Positions 20,333-28,391 of a DNA stretch of 39,909 bases are shown in pieces. The number at the start of each line of letters is the position of its first letter. Position 1 is the first letter of the stretch. This DNA comes from a virus. The position numbers and the translations under genes were made by a program. The stretch lies in UHGV virus genome UHGV-1354231; one strand, 5' to 3'. The notes below the pieces were generated by a model, which ran no database searches, was not told the origin of the DNA, and worked only from the letters and a program-made list of their open reading frames with translations.

Positions 20333-20607
20333 GAGATTTCACGTTGCGTTTCAGTGATAAAGCAGATTTCAGGGCATTTCTCAGGAAACTTAACTGGGAA
20401 GAGGACGAAGAGCTGCAGAATGCCGTTCTGGTTGATGAGATTGGTTTTACGTTCAGGGAGACAGATGTTTCTGATGACGGAGAACCAGAATACACGCGAA
20501 ACGAAGGGTACTTTGTTAATATCCGTCTTCTTGACGATGGATTTGATGATTCCGTGTTCCGTGAGTGGGTGGTTACACCAGAGCGCCCGCTCAGGGAGTG
20601 GTTTTAA
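20329..20607 (+). CDS. Hypothetical acidic 92-aa protein coupled to stf (candidate fiber chaperone)
   Basis: GTG start overlaps the stf stop (GTGA); no family recognised. Confidence 0.45.
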   Translation: MRDFTLRFSDKADFRAFLRKLNWEEDEELQNAVLVDEIGFTFRETDVSDDGEPEYTRNEGYFVNIRLLDDGFDDSVFREWVVTPERPLREWF

Positions 20608-20616
20608 GGATAGCAG

Positions 20617-20904
20617 ATGGATATCACGTCGATACTTCATGCGCTTTGTGCCGTAGCGGTGCAGGTACTGGCTGGTCTTTTTACCGGAAACTGGGCTTAC
20701 GGGGCGATAGCCGGTTGTACGTTCTTCATTGCTCGTGAACATACCCAGGCAGAATATCGCTGGATTGAAATGTTCGGGCATGGCAAGCGAATGAATATGC
20801 CGTGGTGGGGCGGTTTTGATCCGCGCGCGTGGGATGTAGCAAGCCTGATGGATTTTGCTGTGCCGGTGGTGGCGTGTCTGCTGATCTGGATGTTGATCCG
20901 TTAA
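20617..20904 (+). CDS. Hypothetical small membrane protein (two predicted TM segments)
   Basis: 95-aa ORF with AAGGA SD; hydrophobic N- and C-terminal stretches; no family recognised. Confidence 0.45.
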   Translation: MDITSILHALCAVAVQVLAGLFTGNWAYGAIAGCTFFIAREHTQAEYRWIEMFGHGKRMNMPWWGGFDPRAWDVASLMDFAVPVVACLLIWMLIR

Positions 20905-21144
20905 ATATAAAAGCCGCAGTAACTTGCCATGATAGGATACTGCGGCTGGCTGGTTAACTTTCGATAGTGCGAGTATTGAATGATTTCCAGCCGTTACTGA
21001 TTTTATATAACGGCAGTGGAATTATTCAACACACAGGCAAAACACAGGCAAAACGGAATAAGCTGAGAAAAAAAGCGTGCTTTCCCAATCTGGGGCAAAT
21101 CACGTCTGAATGACACCTGAAAACAGGTGGTGGACTCAAGAAGG

Positions 21145-21155
21145 CTTGGAATATT
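21145..21155 (+). repeat. Putative Int arm-type site (CTTGGAATATT), left arm
   Basis: Exact copy of the motif repeated at 21374 and 21387. Confidence 0.55.
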
Positions 21156-21171
21156 CTTCTTTAATGTTATG

Positions 21172-21184
21172 TAATTCATTGATT
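21172..21184 (-). promoter_or_regulatory. IHF-like site (AATCAATGAATTA fits WATCAANNNNTTR)
   Basis: Consensus match on the minus strand between the two left-arm repeats. Confidence 0.35.
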
Positions 21185-21206
21185 TTTCGTGTACGATTTT
21201 AAGACA

Positions 21207-21217
21207 TTTATTCCAAG
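21207..21217 (-). repeat. Putative Int arm-type site, inverted copy (CTTGGAATAAA)
   Basis: 9 of 11 match to the arm motif in inverse orientation. Confidence 0.45.
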
Positions 21218-21256
21218 AAAAATTTTTAACTCTTTGATTTTTCTACTCTGTATCAT

Positions 21257-21318
21257 CGGTCTCGAAAACCGGAGTGGGGGCAACTCCACCGGGGGTTCAA
21301 ATCCCCCTCTCTCCGCCA
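21257..21318 (+). other. 3' ~62 nt of a tRNA-Ser(CGA) gene (anticodon stem to CCA); att core, not a complete tRNA
   Basis: CGGTCTCGAAAACCGGAG...GGGGGTTCAAATCCCCCTCTCTCCGCCA matches the enterobacterial serU-type tRNA 3' portion as recalled; no 5' acceptor/D-arm upstream. Confidence 0.75.
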
Positions 21319-21363
21319 AAATTCAATCACTTACACATCATTAAGTCAGTGACAAAAATCACA

Positions 21364-21397
21364 CTTGGAATTACTTGGAATATTTTCTTGGAATATT
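21364..21397 (+). repeat. Three tandem arm-type sites (CTTGGAAT(T/A)TT) overlapping the int 3' end
   Basis: Copies at 21364-21371, 21374-21384, 21387-21397. Confidence 0.6.
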
Positions 21398-22396
21398 TTC
21401 AGGTAACGGGACATCAAGTGTTGGTGAAACTTTAACCTTCCTGTCATAGATTAGCACTTGCCCTTCGGTTTTGTGACCAGAGAAAAGTTGCTTATCCCGG
21501 CTGCTTCCTTCATAGTCTGAAATTCCTTTCGCCTTCAGATCATGAAAGGTGAAGTCGGTTAAAATACCTGAAATTTTGCCTGCGCGATTTCTTGCATCTA
21601 CCCACATTTCGTTAAAGCCTTTGTACATATATCGGTTGCCGTATTGATTGCTGATCACATAGGCAGATTTTGGCAACTGTTTTGCTTTTTCGATCGCTGC
21701 CTGTAATCGTGGACTCCATGCTTTTATCTGTTTTTTTCCGGTTTTCCCTTGCTGGATGAATATCCCGTCGTTTCCAATCTGTTCCCATTTCAGCGATAAC
21801 ACATCGGAAACCCTCGCTGCACACAGATAGGCAATTTCCATTGCGATAAAAACAGGAAGAGGTGCAACGCTTAATACTGCCTGGTATTCTTTGTCGGTTA
21901 CATATCGTTCGCGGTTTTTGGCCTTGAATTTACTTACACCTGCACATGGGTTAGCCTTCACGTACCCTCGCTCATACCCCCAACTGTAAACACGGGACAT
22001 ACTGCTTTTTTCATGGTTGGCTTGCGTTTTACTCTGCTCCCCTCTTTTGTCCATGTATCGACGGATGTGTTCTGGTTTTATGGAATCCGCTGGTACCTTA
22101 CCGAATACGGCAAGCAACTTTTTTTGATGTTGCAGATAATCTTTTTGTGTTCTTGGACTAAGGTCACTGTAATAGGCGCTGGCGAGGAATTTTTCCCACA
22201 AGCGACCGAATGTCATTGCACGATCGCGATTATTTACAGTTTCCTCATACTTTTTCCATAAAGCAGCTAAACCATCCTTGATGGCGGTTAGTGTGACAGA
22301 TTCTCTGGATGTTGGTTTCCATACATAACTATATTTATTTGGGTATACATTTGGAGGTAATTTTTCGTGTTCAGGATTTTTCCTTCGTCTTCCCAT
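21371..22396 (-). CDS. int: Tyrosine integrase (lambda Int family)
   Basis: 341 aa; N-terminal MGRRR arm-binding-type start; FSGHK and HDLKAKG-like catalytic-region motifs; adjacent to att. Confidence 0.9.
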   Translation of the reverse strand: MGRRRKNPEHEKLPPNVYPNKYSYVWKPTSRESVTLTAIKDGLAALWKKYEETVNNRDRAMTFGRLWEKFLASAYYSDLSPRTQKDYLQHQKKLLAVFGKVPADSIKPEHIRRYMDKRGEQSKTQANHEKSSMSRVYSWGYERGYVKANPCAGVSKFKAKNRERYVTDKEYQAVLSVAPLPVFIAMEIAYLCAARVSDVLSLKWEQIGNDGIFIQQGKTGKKQIKAWSPRLQAAIEKAKQLPKSAYVISNQYGNRYMYKGFNEMWVDARNRAGKISGILTDFTFHDLKAKGISDYEGSSRDKQLFSGHKTEGQVLIYDRKVKVSPTLDVPLPENIPRKYSK

Positions 22397-22599
22397 CAGA
22401 TCGCACCAAAATTCGGCTCTACCTCGCGTGGTGGTAAAGTTTTATTGCAGGTAAATAGATCCCGGCTGACAATCGGTTTGCCACTACGATTGGTATAGAA
22501 CGGAAGCCCGTTTTCCATTAACCATTTTCGCTGGTGGCTTGCATATTTGCAGCCCGTTAATATTAGCAATTCATCTTCGGTTAAAAATAAGCTGCTCAT
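22396..22599 (-). CDS. xis: Excisionase-like protein
   Basis: 67-aa ORF overlapping the int start by 1 nt; typical int-xis arrangement. Confidence 0.6.
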   Translation of the reverse strand: MSSLFLTEDELLILTGCKYASHQRKWLMENGLPFYTNRSGKPIVSRDLFTCNKTLPPREVEPNFGAI

Positions 22600-22657
22600 A
22601 GCTATATCTCATAACCGCCGCTAACTATATACGGTTAGCGGCAATTAGGGTTGAACA

Positions 22658-25084
22658 TTAAAAATCAGCCTGACTCGGGATCAGTTTTTGCCAGATAGCT
22701 GAAACGTATTTTGCCTGGTAACGAGCGTCATCAAGTGCATTATGGCGCTCACCTTCGAATGGGATAGCAGTTCTGGCATCGAAGTCTATGGCTTTCCCCA
22801 GCTCAACGATTGTGCGTACATCGCGATCGTTGCAGTAGCGCCACGGGCAGGGGATACCCTGTCGTTCGTATGAACGGCGTAAAATCACGTTGTCGAAGTT
22901 GGCCCCATTACCCCAGACCTGAACAAAAAATTCACCGGAGTTTTCGTCGATAAATTCCCGCAATTGCAGTAGTGCATCATCTAACGGGATTTCATCGGTC
23001 ATAATGGCAGACTGCGCCTCACGTGATTGCTTCAGCCACCATTTAATGACGTCACGATCAATGACTCCGCCAGCAGTATCCAGATCGATGGTCTTGCTAA
23101 ATTCCGGTCCCATATCTCCGGTTTGTGGATCGAAAAATATTGCGCCTATTGAGATAATCGGGGCATCGGGATTTTTTCCCATGGTTTCAAGGTCGATCAT
23201 CAGATGAATCCCCGCTCTGCTGGTGGATGTGAGCTTATGATGACCATTCACCTTAATTAAGGGATCTGTCGCCTCGCCAGTTTTATTATCGCTGGCGTGA
23301 TGCTGATTGCCGCCAGGGTTCTCCTTGTGTGGATGTTCAGCGCCTCCCATTTCCTCCGGATCATTTTCCTGAACTTCAACCTGATTCTCTTCATCGAATG
23401 TTTCCTGGTATGTTGCGTCGCCCATCACCGCGCCACAATCAGGGCAGTTGTCGCCACCGCTCTGACCACAGGCGGTGCAGACTTTTTCCGGTTCCTGTTG
23501 CGCTACTGGTTTGGATTGTTTCGTTTCTGGCTCGTTTTGTAACGCATTTGGGCTGTTTTGTTCCGCTTTTTGGTCGTTCCGTTCCGATTCATGCTGGTTC
23601 TGGTTCACAGAATCGCGAGTCTGGATCCCCTTGACCCATTTCGGATCATTAGGGTCGCTAATCCCCTCAACAAATTCACCACGCGATACAGCAAGTAACT
23701 TATCGGCGTCAGGCTGGCTGATATTGGCTGCCTGCATAATTTTGTTTACTTCGTCAGCGGTGACTTTTACTTGGTTAGCGGAACTCACCTGCGACTGAGC
23801 GTTCTGGCAATGTTCAGTTGTATCCGGTTCCATTGTTTCAGTTGTTGCCTGTTCACCTGCCATTGCGTCAGATGGTTGTGGTTTTTCTTCCTCTGTTTCA
23901 CGTTCAGTAACCACCTCGCGGTTAATTTCTTCCAGGATATCTTTTTCCGGCGTATGCCGGGCAGCTGTGAGAGTTTCCTTGCTGGGGTTCTCGTGATCAG
24001 TTTCCGTCAAATAGGCGTTGATATACCCCTGAAGGCGTCCCGGGTAGTGATAAAATTCAGGGTGTGCGCTTCGGATAAGTGCAAAAATAGCGGCGCGGGA
24101 ATAGTCCAGAATACCCGGGGTTGCACGAAGTGCTGCGGACCATTCTTTGAACGGACTTTCTTTTTTTAGGACTACTTCTTTTGCGCGACGATAAACGCTG
24201 CCCGGAATTTCATAAATATTAAAATCCATCGGAAGTGTGGCTGCTGCAATCTCCACATCCAGTGTGTCGAGGGTGTGTACTAAATTCGGATTGCGATCGG
24301 TTTTGTTCCCACCGCCAGCATTAGCACCGGAAGCCGTGCGGGTGATGCGTGAAACACGATTTCCTTTCATCCACTCTTTTGTCAGCAGACCCCGATCAAT
24401 GTAGTCAGCGTCCAGGTATGCTTCGAAAAAAGCAGTTATTAGTCCCAGGTCTGAATTACCAGGATTAGGGAAAACTTTGTCAGTGTCACGAACCAGTTTG
24501 TGGAGGTCGCGAATCTCCAGCGAGTCGAGCAGACTGGTTTTATGCGAAATAGCCAGAGCAGTAACAGCCGGTAGTTCTTCAGCCCGTGCAATGTATAATG
24601 CCTGGAGTTCGTCGCGTGAAACGTGCGTTACTGGTTTTTCGCTGCCGTGTTGAGCAAGCCAACGAATGGGCAGTTCCTGACCGGAGACAGGCAGAAGCAT
24701 GCTCTCCTCAATCTCAGTCATGTCTTCGCCGTTGATGTTGGTATTGTCAGTGCTGGCTGGTTTGTCCTGAACAGAGGGGGAAGGGCCGATAAATGTCATT
24801 GTGATGCCATCTTTCCCGCCTTTTTCATAGCGGTTGCAGAATTCAGTATCAAACACGCCTTCTGGCGGAAGGTCGTCAACAACGGGCAAATTGACGCGGA
24901 CGGGTTTTTTAAAGTCGTCTTCATCATAATCGTTGTCATCCATTGCGGTAATGCAGCGGGAGATTGCAACAGATAATTTTTTTGCTGTAGTCCAGTAAAA
25001 ACCACCTTTAATTCCCAGGCGTTTTCTTACTTTGTCATTTTTTGCTTCGCAATATAGTGCAAATTCTTCTTTATCAGTGCTCAT
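22658..25084 (-). CDS. RecE-like prophage exonuclease: RecE-type N-terminal region and zinc ribbon fused to a DnaQ-like DEDDh 3'-5' exonuclease domain
   Basis: Long stretch resembling E. coli RecE N-terminal region as recalled; CxxC...CxxC ribbon; C-terminal MIDLETMG, FDNVIL and HNALDDA exo motifs. Confidence 0.7.
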   Translation of the reverse strand: MSTDKEEFALYCEAKNDKVRKRLGIKGGFYWTTAKKLSVAISRCITAMDDNDYDEDDFKKPVRVNLPVVDDLPPEGVFDTEFCNRYEKGGKDGITMTFIGPSPSVQDKPASTDNTNINGEDMTEIEESMLLPVSGQELPIRWLAQHGSEKPVTHVSRDELQALYIARAEELPAVTALAISHKTSLLDSLEIRDLHKLVRDTDKVFPNPGNSDLGLITAFFEAYLDADYIDRGLLTKEWMKGNRVSRITRTASGANAGGGNKTDRNPNLVHTLDTLDVEIAAATLPMDFNIYEIPGSVYRRAKEVVLKKESPFKEWSAALRATPGILDYSRAAIFALIRSAHPEFYHYPGRLQGYINAYLTETDHENPSKETLTAARHTPEKDILEEINREVVTERETEEEKPQPSDAMAGEQATTETMEPDTTEHCQNAQSQVSSANQVKVTADEVNKIMQAANISQPDADKLLAVSRGEFVEGISDPNDPKWVKGIQTRDSVNQNQHESERNDQKAEQNSPNALQNEPETKQSKPVAQQEPEKVCTACGQSGGDNCPDCGAVMGDATYQETFDEENQVEVQENDPEEMGGAEHPHKENPGGNQHHASDNKTGEATDPLIKVNGHHKLTSTSRAGIHLMIDLETMGKNPDAPIISIGAIFFDPQTGDMGPEFSKTIDLDTAGGVIDRDVIKWWLKQSREAQSAIMTDEIPLDDALLQLREFIDENSGEFFVQVWGNGANFDNVILRRSYERQGIPCPWRYCNDRDVRTIVELGKAIDFDARTAIPFEGERHNALDDARYQAKYVSAIWQKLIPSQADF

Positions 25085-25177
25085 TATTGGTAAACCTCAT
25101 CACAGATTTAAGGGTGAACAAATCTCTGCCATTGCTGACATATAAGAATGAAACTGGATATTTATTACGGTGCTGTT

Positions 25178-25369
25178 TTAAAATCCTGCCGGGATTTCGT
25201 TATTATCCTGGTGAATAACTTTATCGACCGGATAACAGTTGCCTGGAATTTTCTGTTCGGTTGCTGCTGCCATACATTCCTGCATTGTTCTGTGAACACT
25301 GACTGCAATATCAACTGGCTCTCCGGAAACAAGAAAAACCGTCAGAATAAGTGCAAATACTGGATTCAT
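25178..25369 (-). CDS. Small secreted / lipoprotein-like protein (63 aa)
   Basis: Internal ATG at 25369 with AAGGA SD; N-terminal hydrophobic signal-like segment; two Cys. Confidence 0.4.
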   Translation of the reverse strand: MNPVFALILTVFLVSGEPVDIAVSVHRTMQECMAAATEQKIPGNCYPVDKVIHQDNNEIPAGF

Positions 25370-25554
25370 TGTGCACATCCTTTTGGCATCAGACGTAAAC
25401 GGGCCAGCATTGAAACAATGCATACTTTATTTAATAACTCCCGTTCGTGTTTTCTTTTGTTAATGGCATCTTCAGTAAATACAGGATTACTGATAGTGAC
25501 ACCAATTTCAAAACAACCTTCAGACGTATTAACGTTTGGTAATAACGTTTTCAT
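25366..25554 (-). CDS. Hypothetical 62-aa protein
   Basis: Internal ATG of ORF 25366..25659; coupled to the downstream small gene. Confidence 0.3.
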   Translation of the reverse strand: MKTLLPNVNTSEGCFEIGVTISNPVFTEDAINKRKHERELLNKVCIVSMLARLRLMPKGCAQ

Positions 25555-26121
25555 TATCGCGCCCTCAACAATGAGTTTTGTGATGCGGTGCCTGGTGCCT
25601 CCAGGTGACGTTAACCAGTTAACAATTAACGCCGGATACAGAGAATCCACCCATAACACTGTTTTTGGTTTTAACTGTTCCGCGTGCGCTTAGCCGCATT
25701 CACCGCATCACAAAATTCACTTTAAAAAGGGCGGCAGAGCAGTCACGGAGTAAAACTGATACCGCCAAACGTCACCAGAAAATTGATAACAGAGGGCGTT
25801 GCAGCGGGGTTGTCACTTAAGCGTATGGTCAACCTGACAACCCGGTGTCCTCAACGGGGAAGGAATAACCCCGCCATACTTACCGCCGCGCCATTTCGCG
25901 GAGTGCCACAACTGGAAGCGCACGGTCGACGAAAATTTAACGACAGGCTATCTATGAACCAGCTACCTCGCCGTGCGCTTTCGCGTTATGGTCTGACTTT
26001 TCATGGAAATATCCTTTCAGTAAACTGTCAGTGCCGGATGCTCACCCGTGTCCGGCGCACGCACTCCACCTCACCCGTGGAGAACTCCTTAATTACCAAC
26101 CTTAGCTTCGTTGGTTAGCTA

Positions 26122-26340
26122 TTAACGCGGGTATGTAATCATTCTGGCAATGCTTAATGCCGCTGCTTTTTCCAGCCTGGTGATATCCTGCTCCAGAGCG
26201 GACAGATTTTCAGCCTGCTTAGCCCTGGCTTCATTGGCCCATTTCAGATCCTGCGCTGCATTAATTTTCTGGCGCATCCACTCATAAAGTTCATCATCGG
26301 TATAGTCTGGCGCGATGATGACGGGTTCTCGTTTCTGCAT
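26122..26340 (-). CDS. Hypothetical 72-aa early-left protein
   Basis: ORF in the leftward operon; no family recognised. Confidence 0.45.
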   Translation of the reverse strand: MQKREPVIIAPDYTDDELYEWMRQKINAAQDLKWANEARAKQAENLSALEQDITRLEKAAALSIARMITYPR

Positions 26341-26369
26341 ACTGATTCCTCGCGGTGCTGCTTCGCTTA

Positions 26370-26498
26370 TCAGCCGTTAGATTTTGCCGAGCTGGAAAGC
26401 GCCTGTTTAAACTCACTGAAGCTGAGAGCTTCTTCGCCTTCGGCAAGGCCTTCGAAGTATTCTTCGTAAGCCTTTTCCATGATTGTGTCGAAATCCAT
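26370..26498 (-). CDS. Small acidic 42-aa protein (below the ORF-track cutoff)
   Basis: Hand translation MDFDTIMEKAYEEYFEGLAEGEEALSFSEFKQALSSSAKSNG; GGTGAG SD; start abuts the upstream gene stop. Confidence 0.4.
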   Translation of the reverse strand: MDFDTIMEKAYEEYFEGLAEGEEALSFSEFKQALSSSAKSNG

Positions 26499-26499
26499 A

Positions 26500-26736
26500 T
26501 CACTCACCTGAGTTTCTTTCCAGCCAGCGACGGGCACCATTTTCGGTTTTAAACGTTTTGCTTTTGGTATACGTCATCGCGGTGAATGTGCCGTCCTGGT
26601 TGGGAAACACGCCGTACACCAGAGATTCGTTGTTGCCAAGATCGATAGTATCCATGTTGACCTCATTTCCCCTTAACGCCGGGGTAGCGGAACAAAAACC
26701 TGCTGCATAGTTATTAAAGTTGAACCCTGCCGTCAT
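26500..26736 (-). CDS. Hypothetical protein, first gene of the leftward operon (real start may be the internal ATG at 26655)
   Basis: 78-aa ORF downstream of the putative pL. Confidence 0.45.
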   Translation of the reverse strand: MTAGFNFNNYAAGFCSATPALRGNEVNMDTIDLGNNESLVYGVFPNQDGTFTAMTYTKSKTFKTENGARRWLERNSGE

Positions 26737-26836
26737 GTTCTTACGCCTCGGGCTGGCTACTTAACCCCTGACCACTGCCTGGTAACTCGAAGTATTGCCC
26801 GGCGTTCTGTGGGGCGGGGTGGGTTGGTATGCAATA

Positions 26837-26865
26837 AATCTAAAAGTATTTAGTTTTATAGTCAA
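26837..26865 (-). promoter_or_regulatory. Putative pL promoter (TTGACT-17-TAGATT) overlapped by an OL-like operator (AATCTAAAAGTATTTAGTTT, 26837-26856)
   Basis: Palindrome matches the OR site at 27644-27663 in 16 of 20 positions; -35/-10 hexamers with 17-bp spacer on the minus strand. Confidence 0.45.
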
Positions 26866-26883
26866 GGGGAATCTAAATTAATT

Positions 26884-26909
26884 TAAAAAAAAGGTCGGCA
26901 TAACCGACC
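26884..26909 (-). terminator. Rho-independent terminator for the repressor gene
   Basis: GGTCGG-cataa-CCGACC hairpin followed on the minus strand by an 8-9 T run, just after the cI stop. Confidence 0.6.
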
Positions 26910-26932
26910 TTAAGTTCAAGGACATGGCAGGG

Positions 26933-27580
26933 TTATAGGTTGAACTGCACACCTTTTGCTACGGCAACAATTTTACACTCTGGCGTAAGCAAGGATGATT
27001 GATAGCGCGGATTGAGAGGGCTTAAATACACAAGTTTTCCATCAATAACTAATTTTTTTATAGTCATAGACGGTTCATTTGTAAGTGGATCTGGAACTAT
27101 TACAGCGACGATACTGCCATTTTTATAACTCTCTCCTGGTCTTAGGATCACAGTGGCACCAACCGGGATACTTGGCGACCCTGAGGGGTTATGCATAGTG
27201 TCATCAGGCATTGAAACGGCAAAATCACCTTCCACTACATCAAAGAATGTGGTGATCCTATCGACATTTCCCATTGTTTTCTCTCCTTCTAAGATTAGGA
27301 AAGAAATCGCGTCACCCCACGAAAAGTAGGGGATCTTGGTGCCTGGATTGCTCTGCACAAAAGATAGTTCAGGAGACGATACTCCATACAGGAGATAGGA
27401 CTCAGTAGTTCCTAATGCCTGGGCTAACTTACTTAGAGCTTTGCTGCCGGGTTCGTTTAGATCTTTCTCCCAGTACCCTATAGTAACCCCAGTCACGCCT
27501 GAAAGCTTACCCAGTTCTACTTGGGTGAGTCCCTTATCTTTTCTGAGTTTCTTAAGCCTGATGCCAAGGCTTTCCATCAT
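26933..27580 (-). CDS. CI-type phage repressor (HTH_XRE N-terminal domain + LexA/S24 peptidase C-terminal domain)
   Basis: 215-aa ORF divergent from a cro-like gene; HTH motif LTQVELGKLSGVTGVTIGYWE; S24-like C-terminal domain. Confidence 0.9.
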   Translation of the reverse strand: MMESLGIRLKKLRKDKGLTQVELGKLSGVTGVTIGYWEKDLNEPGSKALSKLAQALGTTESYLLYGVSSPELSFVQSNPGTKIPYFSWGDAISFLILEGEKTMGNVDRITTFFDVVEGDFAVSMPDDTMHNPSGSPSIPVGATVILRPGESYKNGSIVAVIVPDPLTNEPSMTIKKLVIDGKLVYLSPLNPRYQSSLLTPECKIVAVAKGVQFNL

Positions 27581-27609
27581 TTTCTCCCGCGAGTTGAATA
27601 TAAATTATT

Positions 27610-27663
27610 TTAGATTGCATTGACCTAAAAAAAATTATCCTGTAATCTAAAAATACTTAGATT
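27610..27663 (+). promoter_or_regulatory. OR-like operator/promoter region: PR candidate TTGACC(27620)-17-TAATCT(27643) with TTAGATT/AATCTAA half-sites
   Basis: Imperfect palindrome AATCTAAAAATACTTAGATT overlapping the -10; extra half-site at 27610-27616. Confidence 0.5.
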
Positions 27664-27676
27664 TTAGGAGAGTGAA

Positions 27677-27904
27677 ATGCGAGTTGATGAACTTGTTCAG
27701 TTTTTTGGCTCTGTTCAGAGGGTCGCTGATTTTTATGGGATAACCCGCGAAGCTATTTACATGTGGCGTAAGCGCCCCGGTGAAATAGTTCCGAAAGGGA
27801 GGGCTGCGGAAGCTGCTGCATACTCCAAGGGAAAATTATCTTTGAACCCAGAGCTTTACAAAAAGAAGGATACCACCCGGGACAAAAGGAAGAGTGATTC
27901 ATGA
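27677..27904 (+). CDS. Cro-like HTH regulator (YdaS-like)
   Basis: 75-aa ORF divergent from cI with GGAGAG SD. Confidence 0.65.
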   Translation: MRVDELVQFFGSVQRVADFYGITREAIYMWRKRPGEIVPKGRAAEAAAYSKGKLSLNPELYKKKDTTRDKRKSDS

Positions 27905-28326
27905 AAATCAAACATGAACATATCCGCATGGCGATGAATGCTTGGGCGCATCCGGACGGCGAAAAAGTACCGGCTGCGAAAATTACCAAAGCGTATTTCG
28001 AGCTGGGAATGACGTTCCCGGAACTGTATGACGACAGCCATCCGGAAGCCCTGGCTCGCAATACTCAGAAAATTTTCCGCTGGGTGGAGAAAGACACCCC
28101 TGATGCGGTTAAAAAAATTCAGGCGTTGTTACCAGCTATCGAAAAAGCAATGCCACCTCTGCTGGTGGCCCGAATGCGCAGCCATAGCTCAGCCTATTTT
28201 CGGGAACTAGTGGAGACGCGGGCACGACTGGTGAGAGACGCTGATGATTTTGTCGCAGTGGCGATCGCTGGTTTCAACCAGATGAATCGTGGTGGCCCTG
28301 CAGGAAATATTGTGGCTGTGCATTGA
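27901..28326 (+). CDS. YdaT-like protein (CII-position regulator)
   Basis: 141-aa ORF overlapping the cro-like stop; Rac-type ydaS-ydaT arrangement as recalled. Confidence 0.5.
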   Translation: MKIKHEHIRMAMNAWAHPDGEKVPAAKITKAYFELGMTFPELYDDSHPEALARNTQKIFRWVEKDTPDAVKKIQALLPAIEKAMPPLLVARMRSHSSAYFRELVETRARLVRDADDFVAVAIAGFNQMNRGGPAGNIVAVH

Positions 28327-28391
28327 CTCGCAATATTCATACCGGATCATTTCCGGCAATTTGTGAGTAAAAAGATTCGGTATCAAAAGAG

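Larger units (their letters stand above)
21145..21397 (+). other. Phage attachment site (attP-like P-core-P' organisation)
   Basis: tRNA-derived core flanked by arm-type repeats on both sides and an IHF-like site; int reads out of the right arm. Confidence 0.6.

Noticed and set aside
129-20904. Searching the structural module and the window for a hidden defence system (RM, CBASS, retron, Gabija-like ATPase/nuclease)
   Set aside because: All large ORFs have clear virion-structure or recombination roles in conserved order; no reverse transcriptase, methyltransferase, cyclase or large ATPase-type ORF was seen anywhere in the window.
20911-20950. Hairpin GCCGCAGT...ACTGCGGC after the membrane protein gene, considered as a terminator
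   Set aside because: The loop is ~18 nt and no T-run follows; at best a weak or factor-dependent structure.
21257-21318. Calling a functional tRNA-Ser gene
   Set aside because: Only the anticodon-stem-to-CCA portion is present; no 5' acceptor strand or D-arm upstream, so it is an att core.
25148-25693. 181-aa + strand ORF
   Set aside because: Antisense to two better-supported small minus-strand genes; Cys/Asn-rich with no SD.
25722-25770. GGCGG...CCGCC + CTTTTT on the minus strand, considered as a terminator
   Set aside because: The stem halves are separated by ~27 nt without convincing internal pairing; too uncertain to call.
27901-28326. YdaT-like ORF considered as a toxin of a toxin-antitoxin pair
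   Set aside because: Its position directly after cro in the cII slot fits a lysogeny regulator; a toxin call cannot be supported from sequence alone.
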